Of a stretch of 64,000 bases of DNA, positions 36,446 through 46,941 are shown piece after piece (positions within the stretch are counted from its first letter, which is position 1; every line of letters begins with the position of its first letter). The DNA is from Gemmatimonadaceae bacterium. Lineage in GTDB: Bacteria; Gemmatimonadota; Gemmatimonadetes; Gemmatimonadales; Gemmatimonadaceae. Position numbers and translations under genes: made by a program. The notes under the pieces are model-generated. The model had not been told where the DNA came from, did not search any database, and saw only the letters and a program-made list of their open reading frames with translations. Location: the NCBI GenBank assembly GCA_044224875.1, contig JBGAJQ010000023.1:1060-65059 (forward strand), written 5' to 3'.

Positions 36446-37162
36446 ATGTCAACTCCAGCAGAGAGGATCACCTTGAGCGTGCACCGCCGTTCTGCGTCAT
36501 GGCTCCTGTGCTTCGCCGCCGGACTTCTCCTGGCAGCTGGAGCTGCATGCGGTGGCGAGACGGAATCCGCCGTCGAGAAGGACGCCGTTCAGCCGCCCGT
36601 CACAGGCACGGAGCGTGACAGCGAAGCTGAGCGGTTGAATGCGTCGCAGGGTGTGGCGCGACGCGTCGGGGATACCCTCGTATTGCGGCTTCGGAGTGGG
36701 CAGGAGGTGCGCTTGGCACACGACACCGCCGGGTCCGACAACTGGGTGCTCTATTCCTTTGAAGGCCACCTGAGTGGTATGCCCTTCTACGGCATCCGTG
36801 TATCGTACTTCGAGGGAAGCGGCTACCTCATCGTGCATGACTCGACCGGGCGCCGGACGCAGCTCGATGCCGCGCCCCTACCCTCGCCCTCGGGGAAGTC
36901 GATCGGGACTGCCTCGCTCGACTTGGTCGCGGCGTTCGACCCCACGCGGCTCTTCGTCGCTACCCTGGTCGGCGACACACTGGCGACAGAGTTTGAGCTG
37001 TCGCCGACAGATTGGGGCCCGGATTCTCTGCGGTGGGATGGTGACGACACGCTTCGCTTCGTGCAGCAGTGGGTGACGGACGAGCCTGGGGTCTATCGCT
37101 CGAGCGCCGCCCAACTCGTCCGTTCCGCCGCGGGCTGGCGACTCGTTGAATCACACCGCTAG
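36446..37162 (+). CDS. hypothetical lipoprotein
   Basis: ATG at 36446 gives MSTPAERITLSVHRRSASWLLCFAAGLLLAAGAACGG (lipobox). No family recognised. Confidence 0.55.
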   Translation: MSTPAERITLSVHRRSASWLLCFAAGLLLAAGAACGGETESAVEKDAVQPPVTGTERDSEAERLNASQGVARRVGDTLVLRLRSGQEVRLAHDTAGSDNWVLYSFEGHLSGMPFYGIRVSYFEGSGYLIVHDSTGRRTQLDAAPLPSPSGKSIGTASLDLVAAFDPTRLFVATLVGDTLATEFELSPTDWGPDSLRWDGDDTLRFVQQWVTDEPGVYRSSAAQLVRSAAGWRLVESHR

Positions 37163-37301
37163 ACGCGGTCGATTCTGGCGACGACGCGTCGGTACCGGCA
37201 CTCGCCGCGAATCGCCACAACGCTCGTCACATCACGCATCTCTGCAATCGCGAAGCCTCAAGAGATTTTGGAAGCGCTTGTGACCAGCGTAAGTGGGCCG
37301 C

Positions 37302-38894
37302 TTACTTGTAGGCCTCAGCTGCAACCTCGCCAAGCACCTGCCCTACCATTCGCTTCACGGCATCGGGATCGTCCGCCACGTGGACGTTGTTCACGTAGAT
37401 CGCGAACGCCAATTGCCGGCCATTGGCCGTGGTGATGTAGCCGGCCAGTCCTTTCCCGGTCACCAGTGGCCGGCGGTGCAGCGGATCGTAGGTGACATAC
37501 GTGCCGGTCTTGGCAAAGACGTGTCCCGCTGCGGGTGACTTCATCTGAATGTCGAACAGCGTGCCGTCCTTTCCCAAGACCGGCAACGCGCGATGAAATT
37601 GCGGGAAGAACGGTCGCTGACTCATGTACTCCAGGTAGCTGACCATGAACGCCGGAGAGAAGTGTGCGTCGCCGCCGGCGCCGTCACCCTGATGAGCCCC
37701 GGAGATGTCCAGGCCAGCACTGGTGAGAAACTCGCGTTCGATGTCAAAGCCGGTGCGTGCGGTGTCCTTCTTTCCAACGATCGCACCCAACAGCAGCGGT
37801 CCCATGCTGGCGTGCAAGTTCTGGCTCACCTTGAGGGTGACCTTCGCCTCCTCAGTCTGCGGCGCCGAAACGTGCTCGGCCACAGCGTTGGCATCGGTGT
37901 AGCTGGCGGAGAGCTTCGCGAAATCCACCGTGCCCTTGGCTGTGTTTGCCACCACCGTGACCCCGGCCTCACGCAGGGCATCCGTGAAGACCATTTGCGC
38001 GAAGCTGCGTGGCGAAGGCACTCGATACGCGTAAAGGATCGGCGCTGATCCCGCGGGCAGGCTTCCCCTGATCTTCACCACGTGCGATCCATTGGCCAGC
38101 GTGCTATCTGCATACATGTCCACCGTGCGCCGGCTGTCGGCGGCGCCCGTCTTCATCTCATTCACGAACCTCACATAACGACTCTCGGGGGAAACCCGGA
38201 TCGACATCGGGGCGCCCTCCGCGGTTCCCGGCGTCACGGTCACGTCGATCACATTGTCGTTCACCACGATCGGCGAAAGCACGACCCCTGTGCCGAGTTC
38301 GCGATCCCCTTCGGGAAAAAGGGAAGCATCGACCAGCACGCGACCGGAAACTCGCTTCACCTGCGTTGCGACCTGCTTGGCCAGCGATCGAACCACCACC
38401 AATGGATCACCTGGCACGGCCTTCGTCTCCGGCGCGCCGTCATACGAATGGTCCTCGTCTTCGAATGCCAATGAACCGTCGGGTTGCATGCGTTGTGACA
38501 GGTTCGGATCGCCGCTGGCCACCAACACGAGATCACCAGTCAGCGCTCCGCTACGCAATGCGCCCGCCGCATAGACCTTGGTGTGGAAGCGATAATCCGG
38601 CCCCAGGACACTCAGCAGGGTGCCGGCTGTCAGCAGCTTGGTCGTTGAACCTGGCGTGAAGAGCGCATCAGCGTTTCGGTCGTACAGGACCTGTCGGCTG
38701 CCGAGGTCGTAGAATCGCATGCCCCAGAGCGCATGACGAAATTCGGGGCGGTTGAGGATTGGCTCGATGCGGGCCGCCAGCGCGGCGTCTGTTCCTTGCG
38801 CGAAGACCGTGGTTGTTGACAGGCAGAGGAGGGCGACGAGGAGCAGGCGGAAGCGGTTTCGTGACATTGAACGGAGTTGTGGAGGTCGACGCAC
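37302..38894 (-). CDS. dacB: D-alanyl-D-alanine carboxypeptidase/endopeptidase (PBP4, S13 family)
   Basis: PGSTTKLLTAG (SxxK) and FAKTGT (KTG) motifs, a signal peptide, and PBP4-like length. Confidence 0.85.
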   Translation of the reverse strand: MRRPPQLRSMSRNRFRLLLVALLCLSTTTVFAQGTDAALAARIEPILNRPEFRHALWGMRFYDLGSRQVLYDRNADALFTPGSTTKLLTAGTLLSVLGPDYRFHTKVYAAGALRSGALTGDLVLVASGDPNLSQRMQPDGSLAFEDEDHSYDGAPETKAVPGDPLVVVRSLAKQVATQVKRVSGRVLVDASLFPEGDRELGTGVVLSPIVVNDNVIDVTVTPGTAEGAPMSIRVSPESRYVRFVNEMKTGAADSRRTVDMYADSTLANGSHVVKIRGSLPAGSAPILYAYRVPSPRSFAQMVFTDALREAGVTVVANTAKGTVDFAKLSASYTDANAVAEHVSAPQTEEAKVTLKVSQNLHASMGPLLLGAIVGKKDTARTGFDIEREFLTSAGLDISGAHQGDGAGGDAHFSPAFMVSYLEYMSQRPFFPQFHRALPVLGKDGTLFDIQMKSPAAGHVFAKTGTYVTYDPLHRRPLVTGKGLAGYITTANGRQLAFAIYVNNVHVADDPDAVKRMVGQVLGEVAAEAYK

Positions 38895-38899
38895 GCGCG

Positions 38900-39499
38900 T
38901 CAGGCGTCGGGAATTGGAGGCAGGGGACGCGGTGCCGGTCCGTGACCCGGGAAAACTTGCTTCGCGCCCTTGTCCCGAAGCAACATCCAGCTGTTGCGCA
39001 CCGTGTCGTACGCCGTCTCGTCCGCCATCGTGGGGAGCGTGAGATCGCCAGTGAACGCGGAGCCGTCATCGGTTAACAGCGTCACACTATCGTCGGTGTG
39101 GCCCGGTGTCGCATGAATTTCCCCGTCGATCCCTAGCGTCCGCAGGAATGACCGGCTGTCCGAGAGCGCAAGCACCCGGTTGTCATGTTCCGCGATCGGC
39201 ACATAGTGATTGGACGGCTTCATCCACGTGGCTAACGTAGCGATGGCCGATTGTTGCTCCTCCAGCACGAGCAGTCGCAGTCCGGCGTTCTTCAGCTCCT
39301 GCGCCGCGCCAGCGTGATCCGGATGAAAGTGCGTCGTGAGGAGCCACGGGATATCGCCCAGCCGGATGTCCTTCCGTTTGAGCTGAGCATCGAGCTTGGC
39401 CAAGGTGCCCGGCCAGCCTACGTCGATCAGCAGCCGTGCGGACCCCTGGCCAAGCACGTAGTAGTTGGTCGAATCGTACCCAACGTTCACGATGTTCAT
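38900..39499 (-). CDS. MBL-fold metallo-hydrolase
   Basis: LLTTHFHPDHAG (HxHxDH). 199 aa, with a 4-nt overlap with the upstream pirin gene. Confidence 0.8.
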   Translation of the reverse strand: MNIVNVGYDSTNYYVLGQGSARLLIDVGWPGTLAKLDAQLKRKDIRLGDIPWLLTTHFHPDHAGAAQELKNAGLRLLVLEEQQSAIATLATWMKPSNHYVPIAEHDNRVLALSDSRSFLRTLGIDGEIHATPGHTDDSVTLLTDDGSAFTGDLTLPTMADETAYDTVRNSWMLLRDKGAKQVFPGHGPAPRPLPPIPDA

Positions 39500-40419
39500 A
39501 CGCCGGGAGGACGAGCTCCATGCTTGATGAACGTCCCATCGCGCAATTCGGCGAGCGTCTCCTGCAATTCTTCGCGCGTGTTCATCACGATTGGACCATA
39601 CCAGGCGACGGGCTCTTTCAGCGGTTTCCCGGACACCAGCAGGAACCGGATCCCTTCGTCGCCAGCTTGAACCGTCACCTCATCGCCGCTATCAAACAGG
39701 ACGAGCGATCGGTTGCCGGTCATTTCACGTTCGACGGTTTCAACCGGCCCATCTTTCTCGGTCAGTACGCCGAAAGGCTCGGACGCATCGCGGAAGGTGC
39801 CACTGCCTTCAAAGACGTAGGCGAACGCGTGGCGGTACGTCTCCACTGGCAGCGTCTTCCGTCGGCCTGCCGGAACAAACACGTCCAGGTACCGCGGCTG
39901 CGCGGCAATCCCATCGACCGGTCCCTGCTGACCCCAGAAGTCACCGCACACCACGCGAACCGTGGTACCGTCGTCATCAACCACCTCGGGAATCGCGTGG
40001 GACGTCACGTCCTGGTATCGCGGATTCGTCATCTTCAGGGACGATGGCAGGTTGGCCCACAACTGAAAGCCATGCATGCGCCCCTGCGGGTCCCCGGTTG
40101 GCATCTCCTGGTGCAGGATACCGCTCCCCGCAGTCATCCACTGGACGTCTCCAGCACCTAACGATCCGCGGTTCCCCAGTGAGTCCATGTGATCGACCGT
40201 TCCAGCCAGAACGTACGTGATGGTCTCGATGCCCCGGTGCGGATGCCAGGGAAATCCGGCTCGATAGTCAGCCGGACGTTCATTCCGAAAGTCGTCGAGC
40301 AGCAAGAAGGGATCGAATTCCTCTGTCGCGCCAAACCCGAACGCACGGCGGAGCTTGACCCCTGCTCCCTCCATGGTCGGTGTGGCTTCGACAATGCGTT
40401 TCACTGGTCGAATAGACAT
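39496..40419 (-). CDS. pirin family protein (bicupin)
   Basis: FDPFLLLDDF...GFPWHPHRGIETITYVLAG...GDVQWMTAGSGILHQEMP is the pirin N-terminal cupin signature. Confidence 0.9.
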   Translation of the reverse strand: MSIRPVKRIVEATPTMEGAGVKLRRAFGFGATEEFDPFLLLDDFRNERPADYRAGFPWHPHRGIETITYVLAGTVDHMDSLGNRGSLGAGDVQWMTAGSGILHQEMPTGDPQGRMHGFQLWANLPSSLKMTNPRYQDVTSHAIPEVVDDDGTTVRVVCGDFWGQQGPVDGIAAQPRYLDVFVPAGRRKTLPVETYRHAFAYVFEGSGTFRDASEPFGVLTEKDGPVETVEREMTGNRSLVLFDSGDEVTVQAGDEGIRFLLVSGKPLKEPVAWYGPIVMNTREELQETLAELRDGTFIKHGARPPGV

Positions 40420-40555
40420 GGTTTCCTCCCGAAGTAGTCGCCGAACGGCTGACTACCGTGCAGTCTAGCAAACCACGCAAGCTCTGGGGACATCCCCGAT
40501 GGTCCCAAGGTCGAGCGTGGTGGAACGTGACCAGGCGTTGGGTTCGTGAGACCCT

Positions 40556-41266
40556 TTGACCTCCATGCATATGCCGCAGACTCCGCACATCGAGCAGCAC
40601 TTCACGGCTTCCGAGTCTGTTCGCGACGTCGTCATTGGTATGTCGGACGGGCTTACGGTCCCGTTTGCTCTGGCCGCTGGACTCTCCGGAGCCGTCGCTG
40701 CTAGCGGCGTGGTCGTTACCGCGGGCCTCGCTGAGGTTTCCGCAGGGGCGATTGCCATGGGGCTCGGTGGGTATCTCGCCGCGCGCACCGACGTGGAACA
40801 CTACGCCAGTGAGTATGCCCGTGAGGTCGCTGAGGTACAGAAGGTGCCAGAGCGCGAGCGTCAGGAGGTGTTTGACCTGCTCGCCTCGTACGGCATCGAT
40901 CGCGCGGCCAGCACACCTGTGGTCGACGCGTTAGCGGCGCGACCCGAGCAATGGGTGCAGTTCATGATGCGCTTCGAGTTAGGGCTGGAAGAACCAGACG
41001 CTCGTCGCGCGCTACGCAGTGCCTTGACCATAGGCAGTGCGTACGTAGCGGGGGGTCTCATTACATGTGTGCCGTACATGCTGGTGGACAACCTGTCTAC
41101 CGCCTTTGGCATCTCGGTGGTGGTGACGCTGGTGGCGTTGGCAATCTTCGGTTTCATAAAGGGTGGATTCACAGGGTCGCCGCGCTGGCGCAGTGCAGCA
41201 CAGACGCTGATCATCGGCGGCGTCGCGGCCGCCGTCGCGTTCGCCATTGCGCGTGCCATTGGTTGA
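40556..41266 (+). CDS. VIT1/CCC1 family iron/manganese transporter
   Basis: VRDVVIGMSDGLTVPFALAAGLSGA...AGAIAMGLGGYLAA, a central acidic helical region, and C-terminal TM segments. Confidence 0.85.
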   Translation: MTSMHMPQTPHIEQHFTASESVRDVVIGMSDGLTVPFALAAGLSGAVAASGVVVTAGLAEVSAGAIAMGLGGYLAARTDVEHYASEYAREVAEVQKVPERERQEVFDLLASYGIDRAASTPVVDALAARPEQWVQFMMRFELGLEEPDARRALRSALTIGSAYVAGGLITCVPYMLVDNLSTAFGISVVVTLVALAIFGFIKGGFTGSPRWRSAAQTLIIGGVAAAVAFAIARAIG

Positions 41267-41291
41267 GTCGCCGACACCTTCTATCGAATCC

Positions 41292-41924
41292 ATGGACCCT
41301 TGCACGAGGCAGCAGGCGATGTGCCAGTCGATGACGCGACGTGTTGGAGGTAGCCAAGGCACCGTTGGGCGTTTGACACGAGCGGGGTTCGGCGCGCTGT
41401 CGCTCCTTCTAGTTCTTGTCGCCTTCCCACGTCGCGTGGCTGGGCAACGTCTCGACGCCACTCGGGCTGGACTTGCGCCGGCCTCCGCGATCCGCGGCGG
41501 CGTCCCCACGTCATTTCGCTTCCAGCAGTCGACAGGTGCGCAAATTCCCGCCGTGCCGCATTGGCACCGCGGGTTGCAGCTGGTGGGGGGACTCGCCGGG
41601 GCATGGACTGGGGGACTCGTTGCCTACAAGACCGCGGAACACCTCGCCGACGATCGCCGCGTCAAGGGCGACGAGGGATACTCACCAGCCGGGAATTGGG
41701 CGTACGTCGCAGGCTCACTCGTTGGGGCTGCGTTGGGAGTCGCCGGTGCCGGACACCTGCTCCGCGACCATGGTGCGGTGCCCGCGGCATTGGCGGGAGC
41801 GGCGGCACCGACGCTACTTCTGCTGACTGTGGTGGATGATCCGTACCTTGCCATTTACGGCTTGGTCTTCGCAGCACCGCTGCAGGCGGTCGGCGCGATG
41901 TTGGGATATGCGCACCGCGACTAG
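41292..41924 (+). CDS. hypothetical membrane protein (start uncertain)
   Basis: Gly/Ala-rich hydrophobic segments (GLQLVGGLAGAWTGGLVAY, WAYVAGSLVGAALGVAGAG, YGLVFAAPLQAVGAMLGY). No family recognised. Candidate starts are 41292, 41319 and 41331. Confidence 0.5.
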   Translation: MDPCTRQQAMCQSMTRRVGGSQGTVGRLTRAGFGALSLLLVLVAFPRRVAGQRLDATRAGLAPASAIRGGVPTSFRFQQSTGAQIPAVPHWHRGLQLVGGLAGAWTGGLVAYKTAEHLADDRRVKGDEGYSPAGNWAYVAGSLVGAALGVAGAGHLLRDHGAVPAALAGAAAPTLLLLTVVDDPYLAIYGLVFAAPLQAVGAMLGYAHRD

Positions 41925-42054
41925 CACTTGCTTGCGCCGCGACCCCGGTAGAGCGAGAATGCACCGCTGAGCGGCGAGCGGCATCGCCGCCATCAGCCTG
42001 AACAGGCGTCCCACACCGTGCATCGCCGAACACTTGAATGGACTGGAGCCATCC

Positions 42055-44076
42055 ATGCGTTTCGTCCGCCACCTTCACCGCGCCCTTTTCATCGCCTTCG
42101 CGATGCTTGGGTTGGCGCACCCTCGGGTCGCAGCGGGTCAGACTGCAGTCGCCAAGCTGGTCGCCGAGCCTAACAAGCTGACATTGCGGGCCGGTGAGTC
42201 CGTCGCATTTCGCGTCCGTGCCTACGACGCCAGCGGCCAGGAGATCACCAATGCCCCACTCCGTGTCAGCGCCCCACGACAGGCGATGACCCTCGGGAAC
42301 GGAAGCCTCAAGGGTCTGCGCGCGGGATCCTACACGATCGTCGCCACCGCGTTCGACGCCAACTTCGGCGAAGCGGCAACGTTGGAGGTGCCAGTGCTTA
42401 TCACCTGGCCCGCGCTCGCCAAACTCGAGCTCAGCGTCGAGGCAGGACGTCTGGTGCCGGGCGTGGTGTTGATGCACACGGCCAAGGGGTATCATGCAGA
42501 CGGCAGTCCCCGGAATCCACTGACGGTCACCTGGCGCAGCTCAAACTCCGCGGTTGCCTCGGTCGACCGCTTTGGCAACGTGACGGGCGTGCGACCGGGC
42601 AGCGTCACTATCTCCGCCGAGGCCGACGGTATTTCCGCACAGAAGTCGTACGTCGTCAGCCCAAACCCGGTCGCCAGCATCGAGTTGGGAGTCAAGGAAG
42701 GCGCCATTAGCACGGGTGATGTCGTGCACCTGACGGCTCTCGCCAAGCGCGCCGGCGGAGCCGTGGTCCCCGACGCGAAAATCTCCTGGAGCTACGAGTA
42801 CGTGCCGGACGACACCATCGCCGCACCGGGAGGACCCGGTATCATCGAGCGCGGGCTGTTCGCGCCGAATGCGCCCGGCCGCTTCACGCTGATCGCGCAG
42901 TCTGGCACGGCCGTGGCGCGCACGGTACTCGACGTGCGGCCACGGGATGTCCGTCGCCGCATCACCGTCACGGGTCGCGGCAGCATAACGAACACTCACA
43001 CCTCGGACCTCTGGCCGTGGACCGGGAAGGATGGCCGAGACTACTGCCTCGTTGGGACATGGGGCGGCGATGGGTACGGCATGGTGTTCGACATCACGGA
43101 CATGAACAACATCGTGAAGACCGACTCCATCAAGGTGGACGCTCGCACGATCAATGACGTGACGGTTTCGCCTGACGGTCGCTATGGAGTGCTCTCGCGC
43201 GAGGGCGCCTCGAATCGCGTCAATGGCGTCGTCATCCTCGATCTCGCCAACCCAGCGCACCCGAAGGTCGCCTCCACGTTCGACCAGGACCTCACCGGTG
43301 GCGTGCACAATGTCTTTGCCACAAACGACTACCTGTATGCGATTTCCGGCGGACTGAAATACCTGATCATCGACGTTCGCGATATCTATCATCCCAAGTA
43401 TACCGGCGAGTACAAGCACCCAAACGCGAGAATCCACGACCTCTGGGTACGCGACGGCATCGCCTACTCGGCGCAGGGTGGCGTCGGCACCGTCGTGGTC
43501 GACGTCGGCAACGGAAAGTATGGCGGCTCGCCAGAACACCCCAAGCTCATCACCGTCTTCCCCATCAACTCCGGACATGAGATCTACCCGTACTACCAGA
43601 AGTCCACGGGCAAGACCTACCTGTTCATCGGCGATGAGGAGATGGACCGCCGTGGCCGCGTGTGGGAAGGCACGAACTACTTCGGCGGCATGTACCAGAG
43701 CGGCGGCGTGGCGCAGACTTCCGGCGGCTACACGCACATCGTGGATTTCACGGATCCCATGAACCCGAAGAACGTCGCCAAGTACCACCTGGAAGACTAC
43801 GGCTCACACGACATCATCGTCGAGAATGATGTGCTCTATCAGGCGTACTACGACGGTGGCGTTCGCGTGGTCGATGTGTCTGGAGAGTTGTTAGGCAACC
43901 TCGCCGACCAACGCCGCGAAGTCGCGGTCTTCAAGCCGTACGACCCCAAGGGCTTCACCGCCAACGCCCCATTCGTCATGAATGCCATGCCGTGGAAAGG
44001 GCAGGTGCTCTTCACCGACTTCAACTCGGGACTGTGGGCGGCCAAGCTCGAACCGAAGCGGCCAGTCACTCCGTAG
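42055..44076 (+). CDS. secreted protein with Ig-like (Big_2-type) domains and LVIVD-repeat beta-propeller
   Basis: Signal peptide. N-terminal repeats of the SxxVASVDxxGxVTGVxPGSVTISA type. C-terminal repeats such as GVVILDLANPAHPKV, YLIIDVRDIYHPK and GVRVVDVSG fit LVIVD repeats. Confidence 0.7.
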   Translation: MRFVRHLHRALFIAFAMLGLAHPRVAAGQTAVAKLVAEPNKLTLRAGESVAFRVRAYDASGQEITNAPLRVSAPRQAMTLGNGSLKGLRAGSYTIVATAFDANFGEAATLEVPVLITWPALAKLELSVEAGRLVPGVVLMHTAKGYHADGSPRNPLTVTWRSSNSAVASVDRFGNVTGVRPGSVTISAEADGISAQKSYVVSPNPVASIELGVKEGAISTGDVVHLTALAKRAGGAVVPDAKISWSYEYVPDDTIAAPGGPGIIERGLFAPNAPGRFTLIAQSGTAVARTVLDVRPRDVRRRITVTGRGSITNTHTSDLWPWTGKDGRDYCLVGTWGGDGYGMVFDITDMNNIVKTDSIKVDARTINDVTVSPDGRYGVLSREGASNRVNGVVILDLANPAHPKVASTFDQDLTGGVHNVFATNDYLYAISGGLKYLIIDVRDIYHPKYTGEYKHPNARIHDLWVRDGIAYSAQGGVGTVVVDVGNGKYGGSPEHPKLITVFPINSGHEIYPYYQKSTGKTYLFIGDEEMDRRGRVWEGTNYFGGMYQSGGVAQTSGGYTHIVDFTDPMNPKNVAKYHLEDYGSHDIIVENDVLYQAYYDGGVRVVDVSGELLGNLADQRREVAVFKPYDPKGFTANAPFVMNAMPWKGQVLFTDFNSGLWAAKLEPKRPVTP

Positions 44077-44110
44077 CCAGTCAATCGCGGCGTCCTCGAC
44101 TCGTATGCGG

Positions 44111-44146
44111 AACGCCCGCCTCCACCGGATGCGGGCGTTTTGCTTC
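44111..44146 (+). terminator. rho-independent terminator candidate
   Basis: AACGCCCGC (44111-44119), an 11-nt loop, GCGGGCGTT (44131-44139), then TTTGCTT. It begins 35 nt after the stop of the 42055..44076 gene. Confidence 0.6.
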
Positions 44147-44204
44147 ACCAACACCTCCTGTTCGGCACGGGCCGATTCGCGCCCACACCCTCTCGCCTCG
44201 AATC

Positions 44205-45029
44205 ATGAGTGACCGCATCCGCGTCTGCGTAGCCGGCGCAACCGGCTGGACAGGCAAAGCCATTACGACCGCCATCCTGACCTCAGAACGGTTTGAGCTG
44301 TCGGGTGCGGTCGCGCGTTCCGCCACCGGACAGGACGTCGGCGTCGCACTCGGTGGTGCGGCCGCTCGCGTTCGCATCTCAGCCACCGTCCAGGAAGCCC
44401 TCACAGCGCACACCGACGTGTTGATCGACTACACGACGCCCGGAGCCGTGAAGGCGAACACGCTTGCCGCCCTTCGAGCTGGCGTGTCAGTCGTCATTGG
44501 AACCTCGGGACTCACCGCCGATGACTTTGACGAAATCGATCGTGTCGCGCGAAACGCGGACCGAGGCGTCATCGCCTCCGGCAATTTCTCACTGACTGCG
44601 GCCATCGCGACCCACTGCGCCCTCCTCGCGGCCCGCCATCTCCCCAGCTGCGAGATCGTCGACTACGCCCACGCCGGAAAGATCGACATGCCGAGTGGCA
44701 CCACCCGCGAACTCGCGGAACGCCTCGCGACCGTGCGCCAGAACCGAATGGGCCGTCCCAAAGCCGAACTGCTCGGACCTCTCGAAGCGAGAGGCGCAGA
44801 GATCGCGGGGACGCCCGTACACTCCGTCCGGCTCCCGAGCTACGTGATTTCCTTCGAGGCGATCTTTGGACTTCCCGATGAGCGCCTGACGATTCGCCAT
44901 GACTCCGGCAGCGGTGCGCACCCGTATGTCGGAGGAACATTGATCGCGGCGGCGGAGGTTGTACGAACCCGGGGTGTGGTGCGCGGTCTCGATCTCCTGC
45001 TCTTCGACCGAGGTCCAGACGCTACTTAG
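44205..45029 (+). CDS. dapB: dihydrodipicolinate reductase (DapB) family protein
   Basis: ATG at 44205 gives MSDRIRVCVAGATGWTGKAI (Rossmann). VVIGTSG and HAGKIDMPSGTT align with my recollection of the DapB substrate-binding block. The first of the two adjacent His in the E. coli HHRHK block appears replaced, so it may be a paralogue. Confidence 0.7.
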   Translation: MSDRIRVCVAGATGWTGKAITTAILTSERFELSGAVARSATGQDVGVALGGAAARVRISATVQEALTAHTDVLIDYTTPGAVKANTLAALRAGVSVVIGTSGLTADDFDEIDRVARNADRGVIASGNFSLTAAIATHCALLAARHLPSCEIVDYAHAGKIDMPSGTTRELAERLATVRQNRMGRPKAELLGPLEARGAEIAGTPVHSVRLPSYVISFEAIFGLPDERLTIRHDSGSGAHPYVGGTLIAAAEVVRTRGVVRGLDLLLFDRGPDAT

Positions 45030-46024
45030 CGTGATGCCGCTTGGCCAAAGGGGAGCGACACCCCCAGCCGCCCAGGACCAACCATGGGTTGCAGCTGTAC
45101 ACCGCGGCTTCCCGCACCGTCATCGCTCACTCGCCCTCGTCGCACCGCCACCTCCGCCACCGTGCGCCCCAAGGCAACGGCCAGCGGGTAGTCGCTCGCC
45201 CAATGCACCCCATTGTTCACCATCGCGAATGACAGGGCGGTGAGCAGCGTGTAGCCAATTGGCCGCACGAGACGCTGCTCCGGGTAGTTCCTGGCGATCA
45301 CTTCCACAGTTGCGGTCGCCACCGCCAGGTGCCCCGAGGGAAAGGCATCGTGACCAGGGACGTTCTCATTGTATGCCGACCAGCTCGGGAACCAGTTCCA
45401 TTTTCCGCGTGGCTGCGTCGCTTCGGACGGTGTCTGCCGCCCCGTCAGGTGCTTCAGTACCTGGGTGAATGTGCCAGCCGCCAGGAGCGATTCCGTGATC
45501 TGACTCGCGGTACGTGACGCTCGGTTGTCGTCCTTCCACGCACCAACGGCCAGGAAGCCTCCGGCAATACCAAGGCTTACCGCACCATCCCCAAGAAAGT
45601 AGATCGCCGAGCCAAGCGTCGTAGGGAGTGGCACCAGCTTCAACGAACCAAGGCGCACGTTGACACTCGGATGGTTGGGTGGTAGACCGACATTGTGTGC
45701 CAACGCGCGCGTGCGATCGAGCATCCATTCGTCGGCGGCAATGCTGGCCGCTGTCGTCGCCGCCACCAGCGCCCATTCGGCCAAACGATCCCGCCGGAAC
45801 GAGTCGGTCAACGTACCGGCAATCGTGCGCGGCGCGTTGCGAATGGACTGTAGCACCCCCGGCGGCGTATAGCCGTATCGACCGTGCACACCCAAGTCGT
45901 ACCATTGGAGGCGGGCGTGCGCACTGTCCGAGAGCCCGGCGTTACCCGTCGATGGCTGCGCGCCTCCCGCAGAGGCAAGTCCCACACCGCATAGCGCGAT
46001 GCATGCGAACCGCGCCAGATGCAA
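45026..46024 (-). CDS. PAP2 superfamily phosphatase, membrane/secreted
   Basis: FPSGHLAVATA and NGVHWASDY are acid-phosphatase motifs 2 and 3. Confidence 0.8.
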   Translation of the reverse strand: MHLARFACIALCGVGLASAGGAQPSTGNAGLSDSAHARLQWYDLGVHGRYGYTPPGVLQSIRNAPRTIAGTLTDSFRRDRLAEWALVAATTAASIAADEWMLDRTRALAHNVGLPPNHPSVNVRLGSLKLVPLPTTLGSAIYFLGDGAVSLGIAGGFLAVGAWKDDNRASRTASQITESLLAAGTFTQVLKHLTGRQTPSEATQPRGKWNWFPSWSAYNENVPGHDAFPSGHLAVATATVEVIARNYPEQRLVRPIGYTLLTALSFAMVNNGVHWASDYPLAVALGRTVAEVAVRRGRVSDDGAGSRGVQLQPMVGPGRLGVSLPFGQAASR

Positions 46025-46035
46025 CGCGCGATCCC

Positions 46036-46869
46036 TTACGGTACGGTCAAGCGTCGGTGGGCGACGTGGTAGCCGCTCAACGTGCCGATGGCGGCGCCCG
46101 CGAACACGTCACTGGCCCAGTGGGCATTCTCATACATCCGGGAGAAACCCACAGCCGTCGCCGCGCCATAGAGACCTAACGCAATCCACCGCGAGTGTCG
46201 TGGATGTGCCTTCGACAGCTCCAATGCCAACACGCTAGCCCCGGCAAATGCAGCGCTCGTGTGGCCCGACGGAAAGGACGCCCGATCGTTGTTGAAGAAC
46301 CCACGACCCGGGTAGAACATGTCCGGATCTTCCGGCATGCTCCGCGGTCGCGCGCGCCCGACCGTTCCCTTGATCGCTGCCGTGATCACTCCGCTCGTCA
46401 CCACGGCGCGCGTGACGTCGACGCCTAGGTGCTTCGTGAAATCGTTGTGGAATGCCCACCCCGTGACGGCCAACGTCCCGCCGGCGGCCAATGGCAGATA
46501 CCCACCGATTGAGCTGGTGAGCAACGACACGTGCTGCATCCCGGGTCCCGACGACGCGCGAAACTCGCGGACTTCGTCGGCGATGCTCCCGTCGAACAGT
46601 GAGATCGTGGCGGCCCCGGCAAGGATTCCAACGGCGGCACTCGTCGTTCGATGCGACAGGAAGAATCCGCTGAATGAGGAGCGCGTGGCGGAGTCCAAGG
46701 GCGCCTGCGCGTGCAGGCAGGGCGTACCGAGCGCGAAGCACAACGCCGCCCTCACACAATTCTGGACCGACAGATTCACGCTCCGGCTCCTTGTGGAAGG
46801 CGTACGTTCGGCACACCTACGCATCCATCGATCGGCCATGACGATGCCGATCAAGGAACACACAGTCAA
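46036..46869 (-). CDS. PAP2 superfamily phosphatase (tandem paralogue)
   Basis: SFPSGHTSAAFA and NAHWASDVFAGAAIG motifs. The start is uncertain; an internal ATG lies at 46824. Confidence 0.8.
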   Translation of the reverse strand: MTVCSLIGIVMADRWMRRCAERTPSTRSRSVNLSVQNCVRAALCFALGTPCLHAQAPLDSATRSSFSGFFLSHRTTSAAVGILAGAATISLFDGSIADEVREFRASSGPGMQHVSLLTSSIGGYLPLAAGGTLAVTGWAFHNDFTKHLGVDVTRAVVTSGVITAAIKGTVGRARPRSMPEDPDMFYPGRGFFNNDRASFPSGHTSAAFAGASVLALELSKAHPRHSRWIALGLYGAATAVGFSRMYENAHWASDVFAGAAIGTLSGYHVAHRRLTVP

Positions 46870-46941
46870 GACGACTCCCTCACGACAACGTCAGAGCGTC
46901 GTGCCCGCCTCGCCCGAAAATGTGCCCACGCTCACCTAGAC

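Noticed and set aside
45026-45029. Convergent dapB-like and PAP2 genes share their stop codons within TTAG (TAG on plus, TAA on minus).
   Set aside because: A 4-nt overlap of convergent stops is a common consequence of compact genomes and has no evident functional implication.
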